Below are positions 1 to 9,902 of a stretch of 64,000 nt of DNA, in pieces. The stretch is from the NCBI GenBank assembly GCA_035487295.1, contig DATHMH010000015.1, positions 97,275-161,274 on the forward strand, written 5' to 3'. Numbering within the stretch: position 1 is the stretch's first letter; every line of letters begins with the position of its first letter. The notes beneath the pieces were generated by a model that was given only the letters and a program-made list of their open reading frames with translations, had not been told where the DNA came from and searched no databases. The position numbers and the translations under genes were made by a program. Origin of the DNA: Terriglobales bacterium. Lineage in GTDB: Bacteria; Acidobacteriota; Terriglobia; Terriglobales; Acidobacteriaceae.

Positions 1-3000
1 TCGTTGGCGGATTGCAGGGCAATGTTGAGGTGGAGATTTTGCGCAAACCCCTGCGTGGGCTCGGCGCCCGACGACCCGCTCGAAAGCTGGCTCGTAAAAG
101 AAGCTAAATCGAATCCTTGCGAGAATGACATGCTATCGAGCAGAACGCGTCCGCTCAACGTTGCAGATTGAGTGTTGCCCGCGAGCAGAAGGTCGCTCTG
201 GAGAATGGTGCGCAATCCCTCCGGATAGAGCAAACGAACGTGGTTGGCTTTCAGGCTGACGTTGAATTGAGTTTGCGGGCGATAAGCGACGGTCCCAGTG
301 GCGGTGAACTGGCCACCTCCCATTTGTCCGGCAAAGTTCTGGATTTGGATTTCATTATTCGTGATGGCAAAGACGCCGTTCACGTTTTCCACTCCCATAG
401 GAGTATCCAGGCTGGAAAAAGTGGCATTCACCAGCCGAACCTGGCCTTGAACACCCGGAGCGGTGGCGGCGCCGGCAGCATGGACATCGAGTTCAATTCT
501 GCCCTGGCTGATGATTTGAGAGTTGATGAGGTGCAGCAGGCTCAAATCAATTCCACCATTAGCGGTAAAGCTGGCAGGCCGGCTTCCTTGTACGGGAACC
601 ATGCCTTCCAGGTTGATGTCAGTCCCCGTTCCCTTAATTTCCGACGGCTGCAGAGTAACAACACCGCTGCGATATTCAGCCACGATAGGACGCACCGCCC
701 CGATGTGTACCTGGCCGTAGGAGGCGGTGAAGACCGGAACCTGCAATTGCGCCTGCATCTGGGTGGGCTTGCTTAAAGGGCCACTCGCGGTGGCGTGCAG
801 CTCCAGCTCTCCCTGGAAACCCTGCGGCGGCGGGTTGGTCATATAAGCCGCCAGCAAGGTTTGCAGCGCGATGCCCCTGGAATCGAGCCGCAGGGTGGCA
901 TACTTTTCGCCGGTGAGCGCAACCGTTCCGCGCGCCTGAACAAACGATTGGGCAATATTGGAATTTACCTGGAAGTTGGCGCTCTGGTTTGCGACATCAA
1001 GTTGAGCGTTAATGCCGCTGATCGTCTTCTGGTTCATCTGCAACTGCGGAATGGACGCGGTGGCGCTGAGCTGGGGATCGTGCAATGTGCCGTGTCCGGA
1101 GGCAGAGGCGGAGAGCAGGCCGCTCACGTGAAGTGCCTGGACCTTTTCGATTTGCTCGAGGTGAATCTGCTGCACCTCAACATGGGTGACGTAGCCCTGG
1201 TTGCCGGGATAGTAGGTCAAGGTTACATTGATACCACCTCCGGCCAGAGTAGCGTTGGCGGTGGAGCGTACTGCGTTGCCGGTGGCTGAGAAGTCAACCG
1301 CGGCTCTTGGAATATTGGTTCCAGCTACACGCGCCTGCGTGAGCTGCACGCTTCCGCTGCCAAATGGAGCCAATTGCGATCCGTGAATCGAAATCTGTGC
1401 CGAAAGAGTTCCCGTAACGGGATAGCTGAGTCTGGCCAGATGAGTCAACTGGTCGGCAGGCATACGGTTGACGTAAAGGTGCGCGGAAAGCGGATCGGAA
1501 GGGAGATAGTGCCAGTCGCGCAGATCGACATTGGCATCGAACTGTATGCTGCCGGGACCAGTACTGATGAGCGAGCCGCGCTGCACGCCGATTCCCGACG
1601 GGCTGGCCGTAAACCCGGCCTCCAGCGTGCGCCAGTGGGTATCTTCTATCTGCAGGCCTTGCGAGTTCAGCCGGCCGGTTACGCGCGGCTGCTTGAGCGA
1701 GCCCTGCAGGTTGGCATTCAACGATGCTGAACCAAAAATAGACGGCGGCAGGCTGGGCTGTGTGCCATTGGATGCGGCTGCCGGCGGCTTCAGCGCCAGC
1801 GCAAGAGTTTCCAGCTCGTGCAGGTTGCTGCTGCTGGCCCGAAGCTGAAGGTTGGAGTGGTCGCCAACTGGGCCGCTCATCTGAATCAAAGTTGAAGGAG
1901 TTTGGAGTTGCGCCTGATTCAGGTTAAGAGTTTCAGCCTGACTGGTATAAGTGGCGTGCAAGACTCCGGTGAGCGGGGTCGTGGCCTTCGATTGGGGTGG
2001 CGTGATGGCGGCATTGAGCGACGCGTTCAACAACGCACGCAGCCCTAGCATGCTGCCATGCCAGTTGGCCTGCACGTCGGCATCAGCGCGGCCGGTAAGC
2101 GGCGGTGATTGCATACTGCGCATGACGCGGGCCGCCTCTTGAATCGAGATTCCTTTCACGGAAGCGCGCAGCGAAGACACGCGTTTCACGGCCACGTCAC
2201 GCACGTTGAGATTTGCATTGAGCTGGCCGCCCAGCAGATCGGCGCGAAGGTTGTGCGTGCTCAGGTTGCCATTGGCAACGTCATATCCGCCGGATATGCG
2301 GTACAAGGCTCCGCGCAGCGTGGGTGTTTCCAGCAGGAGCTGGGGGCAACTCAGCTCGCCTTTGGAGACCACAGTTTCCAGCGCCGAGCGTCCGGAAACG
2401 TTCTGATAAACCAAAGATCCCGATACGGTAATGACTCCCAGCGGCAGCGAAGAGTTTTTAAGGGTGCGGCGAACGTCTTCGGTGTGAAGCACGACGCGGT
2501 AGCTGCCGTTCATGGATGGTTGGCTGTAATTTTGAATGGCGGCGCGAACAGTAAGTTCAGAGGATGCGACCCGCAAGATCAAAGGTTCAAATGTTGTGCC
2601 CGACGGCGAGAAGGTGAAGTGCGAATCCAGGTCGTGCGCAATAGGATTGTAGCTGCCAAACTGCAGATGTCCGCGGCGATAGGAGAGGTCGCCCACAAAA
2701 CGTTGCTGCTGGTTATCGTATTGCGCTCGTGTCAGCAAGTCGTGCAGGTCGGCATTGAGCGGCGTGGCTTTGCTGGAGTAATAAATTTCCCCGTTCGAAA
2801 TCAGCAGGTGCTGAATGCCAAGGTCCCAAACACTGGTCGAAGAGCTGCTCTTGGTCTGTGGATGTGGAACGTTTGTCTGTGAGTTCCGATCGACCATGAG
2901 ATTAGCGATAGGGTGATCGACTTCAATATCGGTGAGGTCCACTTTGCCATGAAGAAGCGAGACGAGTTTCAATCCCAGAACGATTTTATCCGTCTGGAAT

Positions 3001-3257
3001 AATGGCAGGGCTCCGGGTGGTTCGGTGCCGTGCACGACCAGATGATGCACCGTGATGACGAGCGGGCGCAGGTCAAATGAGTAACTTGCAATTTCAGCGC
3101 GGCCACCGGTTGCCTGCTCGAGCTTTTGCTCAACCTGGGCAATTACATAGCGGTGGAAGCCTGCGCTGCGCATCACGAAGTAACCCGCAATTACGGCCAC
3201 GACAATAAGAATGGCGAGGCCGATCGCGATGCGCCGAATTGTTTTGCCTAAAGACAT
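1..3257 (-). CDS. tamB: TamB/AsmA-like translocation-and-assembly-module protein, N-terminal part (about 1085 codons; 3' end runs off the left edge, so it is absent from the ORF track)
   Basis: Own translation of the - strand from ATG at ~3257 gives MSLGKTIRRIAIGLAILIVVAVIAGYFVMRSAGFHRYVIAQVEQKLEQATGG... This is a short tail, one N-terminal TM anchor, then beta-rich sequence. I translated about 230 codons without a stop. The rest is inferred from the shadow-frame look of the + ORFs at 168-2882. It starts 17 nt after the stop of the Omp85 gene, which is the tamA-tamB gene order. Confidence 0.65.
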   Translation of the reverse strand, partial: MSLGKTIRRIAIGLAILIVVAVIAGYFVMRSAGFHRYVIAQVEQKLEQATGGRAEIASYSFDLRPLVITVHHLVVHGTEPPGALPLFQTDKIVLGLKLVSLLHGKVDLTDIEVDHPIANLMVDRNSQTNVPHPQTKSSSSTSVWDLGIQHLLISNGEIYYSSKATPLNADLHDLLTRAQYDNQQQRFVGDLSYRRGHLQFGSYNPIAHDLDSHFTFSPSGTTFEPLILRVASSELTVRAAIQNYSQPSMNGSYRVVLHTEDVRRTLKNSSLPLGVITVSGSLVYQNVSGRSALETVVSKGELSCPQLLLETPTLRGALYRISGGYDVANGNLSTHNLRADLLGGQLNANLNVRDVAVKRVSSLRASVKGISIQEAARVMRSMQSPPLTGRADADVQANWHGSMLGLRALLNASLNAAITPPQSKATTPLTGVLHATYTSQAETLNLNQAQLQTPSTLIQMSGPVGDHSNLQLRASSSNLHELETLALALKPPAAASNGTQPSLPPSIFGSASLNANLQGSLKQPRVTGRLNSQGLQIEDTHWRTLEAGFTASPSGIGVQRGSLISTGPGSIQFDANVDLRDWHYLPSDPLSAHLYVNRMPADQLTHLARLSYPVTGTLSAQISIHGSQLAPFGSGSVQLTQARVAGTNIPRAAVDFSATGNAVRSTANATLAGGGINVTLTYYPGNQGYVTHVEVQQIHLEQIEKVQALHVSGLLSASASGHGTLHDPQLSATASIPQLQMNQKTISGINAQLDVANQSANFQVNSNIAQSFVQARGTVALTGEKYATLRLDSRGIALQTLLAAYMTNPPPQGFQGELELHATASGPLSKPTQMQAQLQVPVFTASYGQVHIGAVRPIVAEYRSGVVTLQPSEIKGTGTDINLEGMVPVQGSRPASFTANGGIDLSLLHLINSQIISQGRIELDVHAAGAATAPGVQGQVRLVNATFSSLDTPMGVENVNGVFAITNNEIQIQNFAGQMGGGQFTATGTVAYRPQTQFNVSLKANHVRLLYPEGLRTILQSDLLLAGNTQSATLSGRVLLDSMSFSQGFDLASFTSQLSSGSSGAEPTQGFAQNLHLNIALQSAN

Positions 3258-3273
3258 AAATCAATCTGCCGCG

Positions 3274-6222
3274 TCAGAATGCCTGACCCAGCGTTATAAA
3301 AAACTGCGTTGACCGGAAGCCGGGGACCGGCTCCAGCAGGTGGCCAACATCGAAGCGAATGGGGCCAATGGGAGTCGAGTAGCGGACCCCAACGCCTACG
3401 GTGTTGGTGTAGTTGCTCATAATACGACTGAGGCTGAAATGGTCGTAAACGTTGCCGCCATCATAAAAGATGACCCCACCCAGATGCGGGATGAGTGGAA
3501 GCGGGGTGCGCAGCTCGGTATTAAAGATCAACAGCGCATCACCGCCCACCGGCACGTGAATATTGCTGCACGAGGAGAGCACATGAGGGTCGCTGCAGAC
3601 GGGCACGGTGCGTTGCGGTCCGGCCCCATAGACGGGAAATCCGCGAAGTGAGTTTGCGCCGCCAGAGAAGAAACGCTCGCTGGTGGGAACACTGCTGCCG
3701 CCGAAAGGCCTGGCCGCTCCGAGTTGAAGACTGCTGGCCCACACGTACTTTTTATAAGGGACATAGATGGCCCGGCGGGCAAGCAGGCGCCCAAAGCTGA
3801 AATTGGAGCCCAGGGCCGAAGGGTTTAAATCCAGAGTAACCGTGTCCCACATACCGCGATGGGCATCGAGAGACTGATCGCGCTTGTCGTGAATAAAAGA
3901 AGCAGAAACTCCAGAGAGGCGCACGGAACGGTCCGCGGGCAAGACCAGTTGCGGAATGAGCAGGTTGTCCAACGAAGTGCGCTGAAACTCATAGCGCACC
4001 TGCAGTGTCTTGGTGGCGTCGCGCGTGAGATCGCGCTCAAGCTGCACGGTCGCATTCCCCAGCCGGGCCGTGTAGAGGGGGTTCTCTGATGTGCGCTCGC
4101 CGGAAAAACTCAACAACGAACGCCAATTGCTTCCCCTGAAGTGGGGTTGGGTATAGCTTCCGACCAGCCGCTGGTCAAGGCGAGCAATCAAGGTGGAGAC
4201 AGAAAAAGTCTCTCCCAATCCGCGCATGTTGCGGCGGATGTATTCTACTGAGCCACGCGGGCTGACAAAACTTTGTTCGCTGGTGGCAAACTTGGTTTTG
4301 CCTAACCCGATGGGCGGGAGTCCCGGCACGACGGCCGTGCCTGAGGGAATGTTGCCGGCGCGCTTGTCATATTCGAATCCGACTCCGTAGGTGATGGTGT
4401 TGCGCCTGGATTCGTGGACCTTGGCGACAACCTCTTCCTGGGTTTCATCCGTAATGGGTTTCTTAGGGCCGACGCTGGCCCAGTCAAAGACCCCAAGATC
4501 GTAGAGATCGCTTTCCGCACTCAACATCTTCGACTGGCTGAGCGGCATTTCAGGGGCCATGGCAACGGTGCGTCCAATGTAAGAGCTCCGGGTGTGGTGA
4601 TTGCCGACGATCACCAGGTTATCCACGAGGACCTGCTGGCCTTCATCGAGCGCATAGGTAACATTGACGCGATGCTTATCCAAAGGCAAGCGATCAACCT
4701 TGGGCGTAAAGGTAATGCGGGGATATCCGCGGTCGAGATAGGTGGCGACAATGCGATTGCGGTCTTCGTTCATGCGCGCGGGCGAAAAGGGAAGTCCGGG
4801 AGCGAGGTTGAACCCCTGGCGCGATTGCAAATCGCGGAGGCTTAATGCGCGGTTACCCTGGATATGAAGTTCTTCAACCAGCGTTTGCGGCCCCTCGTCG
4901 ACCTGAAAGGTAACGTAGACCTTGGGCTCGCGGTCCACCACCTGCGGCGTGACCCTGGCTTCCTCAAAGCCGCTGTTGTGGTACATCGCGGTCATACTGT
5001 TGACGCTTTGCTTGAGCAGCTTGTTGCTGAAGTGTCCGTGAGTAATCAAGTGGCCCTCGGTCACGGGGATGCCAGCCAGCAATTTGTCATCGGGAAAATA
5101 ATGATTGCCTTCGACGGAAACCTCTTCCACTTTATGCCGGCTGCCCTTGGCGACCTGGTATACCACCGCAACTTTTGAAGGCAGGTTCTGGACCTGATAT
5201 TCCACCTTCACGTCGAAGTATCCTTTGGTCTGGAAGTAGTCGATCAGGTTGCGTTCTCCCTGCATGAGCAGATCAGGATCGACCGAGCTTTCCTGGAAGA
5301 CAGGAATCAGTTGATGCAGCTTGCGGGAATTCATAAAGGGAACCCAGGTCAGCTTTGCGCCTGTCACGGTGACGGAAACCCGGGAACCCAGCTTTGCATT
5401 GAAAACCACGTCGGCGTGGTTGGTATCAGGATGAAACTGCACCATGCCCACGCGCAATTCCTGAATAAGGCGGTCCTGGCTGCCGAGATAAGACTGCAAA
5501 TACGCCTTCGCGGCCTGGATGCGTTCGGAGGTAAAGACCTTGCCGGTTGTCAGTTGGGCGCCGGTGAGTTTGGCGCGAACGGAATGCAATGCGCGGAGCA
5601 AACGCGTTGAGTCGGCTGCGGAAATGCCGTCGAACGAAACCTGCCCTACTTTGGCGCGCTTGTTCAGTTGCACGCGAAAAAATATGTTGGCAAGCTGGTG
5701 GGCATCGTCAAACTGCGTTTCGGTGTGGACCTGGGCCTCGAAAAATCCATTCTTCTGGAGAAACTCAAGCAGCGCAGCCTGCGCTTTGGTCAAACTATCT
5801 TCTTCGTAGGGCTCCTCGCCAGGCAGGTTTACCGCCTGCAGAAGCCGGGTGTAACGGAATTGCTTTTCTGTCCCGGGAAACTCCAGCACTCCATAATAGA
5901 AGGTGGGTTGCAACAGGAAACTTAGCTTCAATCCGGCAGGCTCGGGCTCAACTTGCAGTTCAACCTTGGTGAAACGCTCCGTGCGCTTCAGAGCATCAAT
6001 ACTGGCCTGTACCTTGGCGGTGGAATAGGGGGTGCCGGGCTGCTGCTGCTGCACCAGGGCGCCGAATGAGCTGACATCAATATGAGGATTGGCAACCAGT
6101 TCGACAGAAGCAACTTTCTGGCCTTCGTAAAGCTGTGGCGCATCGGTATAGACAGGCGCCGTCAACTGCGCCCAAAGCGCTGGTGAAGAGAGCAGAATTA
6201 TCCCAGCCAGCAGAACTCGCAT
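3274..6222 (-). CDS. Omp85-family outer membrane protein assembly factor (BamA/TamA-like; POTRA repeats plus surface-antigen D15 beta-barrel)
   Basis: Track ORF 3274..6480. I prefer the internal ATG at 6222 because it yields a signal peptide, MRVLLAGIILLSSPALWAQ. The long N-terminal region has repeated POTRA-like segments. The C-terminus ends in an aromatic residue (...FFITLGQAF), typical of beta-barrel OMPs. It lies upstream of the TamB-like gene. Confidence 0.8.
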   Translation of the reverse strand: MRVLLAGIILLSSPALWAQLTAPVYTDAPQLYEGQKVASVELVANPHIDVSSFGALVQQQQPGTPYSTAKVQASIDALKRTERFTKVELQVEPEPAGLKLSFLLQPTFYYGVLEFPGTEKQFRYTRLLQAVNLPGEEPYEEDSLTKAQAALLEFLQKNGFFEAQVHTETQFDDAHQLANIFFRVQLNKRAKVGQVSFDGISAADSTRLLRALHSVRAKLTGAQLTTGKVFTSERIQAAKAYLQSYLGSQDRLIQELRVGMVQFHPDTNHADVVFNAKLGSRVSVTVTGAKLTWVPFMNSRKLHQLIPVFQESSVDPDLLMQGERNLIDYFQTKGYFDVKVEYQVQNLPSKVAVVYQVAKGSRHKVEEVSVEGNHYFPDDKLLAGIPVTEGHLITHGHFSNKLLKQSVNSMTAMYHNSGFEEARVTPQVVDREPKVYVTFQVDEGPQTLVEELHIQGNRALSLRDLQSRQGFNLAPGLPFSPARMNEDRNRIVATYLDRGYPRITFTPKVDRLPLDKHRVNVTYALDEGQQVLVDNLVIVGNHHTRSSYIGRTVAMAPEMPLSQSKMLSAESDLYDLGVFDWASVGPKKPITDETQEEVVAKVHESRRNTITYGVGFEYDKRAGNIPSGTAVVPGLPPIGLGKTKFATSEQSFVSPRGSVEYIRRNMRGLGETFSVSTLIARLDQRLVGSYTQPHFRGSNWRSLLSFSGERTSENPLYTARLGNATVQLERDLTRDATKTLQVRYEFQRTSLDNLLIPQLVLPADRSVRLSGVSASFIHDKRDQSLDAHRGMWDTVTLDLNPSALGSNFSFGRLLARRAIYVPYKKYVWASSLQLGAARPFGGSSVPTSERFFSGGANSLRGFPVYGAGPQRTVPVCSDPHVLSSCSNIHVPVGGDALLIFNTELRTPLPLIPHLGGVIFYDGGNVYDHFSLSRIMSNYTNTVGVGVRYSTPIGPIRFDVGHLLEPVPGFRSTQFFITLGQAF

Positions 6223-6452
6223 CGATTTTTGATTTTCCGGAATCCAGGAGACAGGGGTATCTTCTGAATCGTAAAAAGAGCACTGACCGGCAGCTACGCG
6301 CCTTCGCCAATTTCCTCTTAATGTACTTGGAGTGTGAACGAGGCAGAGAAGATGTCTGGAACGAGGGAAGCTCTTTCCCCGGGCCTCTTTGCGGGACATT
6401 TTTTTATACAGCGGCTGCAATAAGGAATATAAAGATGAGCCAGCAGCTTTCA

Positions 6453-6480
6453 CTGGCAACCGGCGACTGGCAACTGGCAA
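6453..6480. repeat. Degenerate heptanucleotide tandem array ctggcaa|ccggcga|ctggcaa|ctggcaa
   Basis: Read directly. Four 7-nt units sit in the divergent intergenic region, about 83 nt upstream of the RNB gene start. Confidence 0.7.
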
Positions 6481-6563
6481 CCGCCTTATGCATTCGCCCT
6501 GGCGGGCGGCGGCATGTTAGGCTTAGTGCTTCACAATATTCTGAATTGCTTTCAGCCTAATTC

Positions 6564-8063
6564 ATGGACAATCCCGGTTTTTCTCACGTTGATTTGCAGG
6601 CAATCGCCAGACAATTAATGTTGGAGAACGGCTTTGAGCCGGATTTTCCAGCGCCCGCGCAGCAGCAGCTCGCGCAACTGCAGGCCCATCCGCCGCAAAT
6701 TGCCGCGGATGGAAACATTCGCGACCTGCGCAACCTGCTGTGGTCTTCGATTGATAACGATACCTCACGCGACCTTGACCAGATCGAGGTAGCCGAGCGC
6801 CAGCCCAACGGACAAACCAAGGTCATGGTCGGAATTGCAGACGTGGATTCTTTTGTCCCCAAAGGCACGCCGATTGACGGCCATGCCGCCAAAGAGACCA
6901 CCACGGTTTATACCGGGATAAGAAATTTCGCGATGCTGCCGGAGCAGCTTTCCACCGAGGCAACTTCGCTGCTGGAAAACCAGGATAAGTTCGGGATCGT
7001 CATCGAGTTTGTGGTCGACCAGAACGGCTGCATCAGTTCAGAGACGGTGTATCGCGCCATTCTCCGCAACAAGGCGCAGCTCACTTACAACGCAGTGGGA
7101 GGATGGCTGGAGGGCAAATGCCTGGCGCCGCCCAAAGTGGCGGCCTCGACCGATCTGCAGGCGCAACTCAAACTGCAAAACGAAATAGCCCAGGCGCTGA
7201 AGACGGAACGCTACCGGCACGGAGCGCTCAATATTGATACCGTGGAAGTGCGTCCGGTGATACTGAATGACCAGATCGTCGATGTCAGCAAGCAGGAGAA
7301 AAACCCGGCCACCGATCTTATTGAAGATTTCATGATTGCCGGCAACGGGGTGGTGGCGCGCATGCTGCAGCATGTCTCTTCCATCCGGCGCGTGGTAAAG
7401 ACGCCCGAGCGCTGGAACCGGATTGTGGAACTGGCGGCACAGAGCGGCACGCAACTGCCCAGCCAGCCTGATTCCAAGGCATTGAATGATTTCCTGACCA
7501 GGCGCAAAGCCGCCGATCCCGATCATTTTGCCGATTTGTCGCTGGCTGTTATCAAGCTGATGGGGCCTGGCGAGTATGTTTTGGAGCGTCCGGGCGACCC
7601 GGAGGTGGGGCATTTTGGCCTGGCTGTGCAGGACTACACGCACTCTACCGCGCCCAACCGCCGCTTCGCCGACATGGTGACGCAGAGGCTGGTCAAGGCT
7701 GTGCTGGCGAAACAGCCCTCCCCCTATACAGACTATGAGCTGAATGGGATTGCGAGCAACTGCACACTGAAAGAAGACGCTGCCCGCAAAGTGGAGCGGG
7801 GAATGAGCAAGCGGATTTCGGCTGTGGCCATGAGCCGGAGAATCGGCGAGAGCTTTGATGCCGTCGTAACGGGAGTGACGCCCAAGGGAACATTCGTTCG
7901 CGTGCTCCAGCCGCATGTGGAAGGCTTGCTGGCCCAAGGCGAGAAAGGCGTGGATGTTGGAGACCGGCTGCGGGTCAAGCTGATCAGCACAGACCCACAA
8001 AGGGGATATATTGATTTTGCAAGAGCGGCTGGAGTTGAAACAGCCGCTCCTGTGAAAAAATAA
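6564..8063 (+). CDS. RNB-domain exoribonuclease (RNase II/R family) with C-terminal S1 domain
   Basis: 499 aa ORF. It has an RNB catalytic core pattern (…DLDQIEVAE…VGIADVDSFV…YTHSTAPNRRFADMVTQR) and a C-terminal S1-like segment (FDAVVTGVTPKGTFVRVLQPHVEGLL…GDRLRVKLISTD). Confidence 0.75.
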   Translation: MDNPGFSHVDLQAIARQLMLENGFEPDFPAPAQQQLAQLQAHPPQIAADGNIRDLRNLLWSSIDNDTSRDLDQIEVAERQPNGQTKVMVGIADVDSFVPKGTPIDGHAAKETTTVYTGIRNFAMLPEQLSTEATSLLENQDKFGIVIEFVVDQNGCISSETVYRAILRNKAQLTYNAVGGWLEGKCLAPPKVAASTDLQAQLKLQNEIAQALKTERYRHGALNIDTVEVRPVILNDQIVDVSKQEKNPATDLIEDFMIAGNGVVARMLQHVSSIRRVVKTPERWNRIVELAAQSGTQLPSQPDSKALNDFLTRRKAADPDHFADLSLAVIKLMGPGEYVLERPGDPEVGHFGLAVQDYTHSTAPNRRFADMVTQRLVKAVLAKQPSPYTDYELNGIASNCTLKEDAARKVERGMSKRISAVAMSRRIGESFDAVVTGVTPKGTFVRVLQPHVEGLLAQGEKGVDVGDRLRVKLISTDPQRGYIDFARAAGVETAAPVKK

Positions 8064-8120
8064 TATGCTCCGGCAGGACTATGTCGACAGGACTACGTCT
8101 CTACATAATCCTGCCTGAAG

Positions 8121-8402
8121 CTACGCGACTTTTCTGAGGCCGCCGGCGCCGCTGCCGCGACTGCCGGTAATAAGTCGCACCAGCGCCGTGAGTATCACGG
8201 CGCCAATAATGGCAACAATGATCGTATAAATCGTGCCCCCCTCAGCCGAGAAGCCGAGGGCCTGCATGATCCATCCACCAATCACTGCACCCACAATACC
8301 GATCACAATGTCCATCAGCGGGCCGTATCCGGCGCCGCGCATGATTTTTCCAGTCGCCCATCCCGCGATGAGGCCCACAATAATCCACCAAAGAAGATGC
8401 AC
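8121..8402 (-). CDS. GlsB/YeaQ/YmgE-family (transglycosylase-associated) small membrane stress protein
   Basis: 93 aa. MHLLWWIIVGLIAGWATGKIMRGAGYGPLMDIVIGIVGAVIGGWI... is the characteristic Gly-rich three-helix pattern of this family. Confidence 0.8.
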   Translation of the reverse strand: MHLLWWIIVGLIAGWATGKIMRGAGYGPLMDIVIGIVGAVIGGWIMQALGFSAEGGTIYTIIVAIIGAVILTALVRLITGSRGSGAGGLRKVA

Positions 8403-8712
8403 AAAACCTCCTGGTCTTCGTTTTGTTTTTCGTCAATAGATAGGTTGCTACACCCGCTGGATTGGTTGGCTCTACGCAGTACTCATTACTCCGTTGTCGG
8501 TACTCAGGTTGATTGCTGTGCAATTCCGCAGTTTAGAAAATTCCAGCACGGATAAAGCCGTGCCTTGACGGTCTGTGCTGCTGCACATGAATCATCCAGC
8601 TCTCCCGATCTGGGAATGTACTCTGTTACTTTGTTTTCGGGTTGTGACTCGCGGCGGGGCAACGAGGTATGTAACACGTCATCTAACGAAAGATACAAGG
8701 AGGATTACCTAA

Positions 8713-9204
8713 ATGAAATTAGAAAACCTTAATGAACTTCTAGTTGAACAGTTACAGGATTTATATTCGGCAGAAGACCAGATCACCGAGGCACTCCCTA
8801 AGATGGCGGAGGCAGCCTCTTCCCCGGAGTTGAGGCGCGCATTCGAAGAGCACCTGCGCCAGACCGAGGGCCATATCGAGCGGCTCGAGAAATGTTTCGA
8901 GAGCCTCAACCAAGAAGCCGAGGCCAAAAAGTGCAAGGGCATGCAAGGCCTGCTCAAAGAAGGCGAAGAGATGATGGATGAGGCTACCGAACCCGAAGTG
9001 CTGGATGCCGGACTCATTGCCGCGGCGCAACGGGTGGAGCACTACGAGATTGCCGCCTACGGCTGCGCTCGGACCTATGCTCAATTGCTGGGACTGAGTG
9101 ACGTCGCCAATTATTTGCAGCAAACCCTCGATGAAGAGAAAGCGACAGACCAGAAACTGACAAACCTGGCGGAATCCATCAACGTAGAAGCCAAAGCAGC
9201 GTAA
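8713..9204 (+). CDS. Ferritin-like DUF892 protein (YciE/YciF family)
   Basis: 163 aa. LLVEQLQDLYSAEDQITEALPKMAEAASSPELRRAFEEHLRQTEGHIERLE... is the family signature. A strong RBS (aaggagga) lies 8 nt upstream, and an intrinsic terminator follows. Confidence 0.8.
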   Translation: MKLENLNELLVEQLQDLYSAEDQITEALPKMAEAASSPELRRAFEEHLRQTEGHIERLEKCFESLNQEAEAKKCKGMQGLLKEGEEMMDEATEPEVLDAGLIAAAQRVEHYEIAAYGCARTYAQLLGLSDVANYLQQTLDEEKATDQKLTNLAESINVEAKAA

Positions 9205-9240
9205 AGACAGTTGCTGAGATGCAAACCGCAAAGCAGGCAA

Positions 9241-9269
9241 GAAAGCGGGCCTTGAATGGCCCGCTTTTT
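9241..9269 (+). terminator. Rho-independent terminator after the YciE-like gene
   Basis: gaaagcgggcc-ttgaat-ggcccgcttttt: a 9-10 bp GC stem followed by a T run. Confidence 0.75.
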
Positions 9270-9902
9270 AGCTTCAGAGTACAACGCTTTTTCTTCGCCC
9301 CAAAGCCAGGCAAAGCGGCTTTTCCGGACCCTCAATCAGCAGCCCGAGCAGAGCTGAATTTTAATTTAAATTTAATCATGAAGTCCTATAATTCATCTAA
9401 CAATCTAGTTTATGGGGTGAATAAAACCAAGTCGAAGTATTGGCCAAGGACATTGGACCTTCGTTCCGATGTATGCCAAACGGCCCTTGCGAACACAATG
9501 AAAAGAAGCAAGGAAGCCGTCACGCGGAGTCGGGAACTCATCGTCATGTCCAAGGACATGTTGAAGAGAATTGATAAGGGCAGGAAAATCAATAAGAGCA
9601 GGAATTTTTAAGTTCGTGTTGGATCCATTCAATCTTTTCGACATCCTTAGGTTCAAGCTTAAACTGGGGCAGTTGGTATCGGCCCTCGGGCTCACTGTTA
9701 TGAGTGCGCACGAAGAGCGCGTTGCGGAAAAAACTCAATTTCTTGTAATTCCGACACCAAGCGCGGAACCCTATTGTGTCGAGAATGTATGCTGGGTCCT
9801 TAATTAAATTCTTACCCAAAGCAGCCAGCCTCAAAGGCCAAATATTAAGCTTATTTTGGCACTGGATAAATTCGTGGCCTGACACCACGTGCCCTTAGTT
9901 TT

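Noticed and set aside
168-2882. Series of + strand ORFs (168..776, 795..1289, 1374..1730, 2109..2882 and others).
   Set aside because: Their composition (Gly/Arg/Ala/Leu-rich, no motifs) is typical of shadow frames. The opposite strand carries one continuous TamB-like reading frame starting at 3257, with a clear TM anchor.
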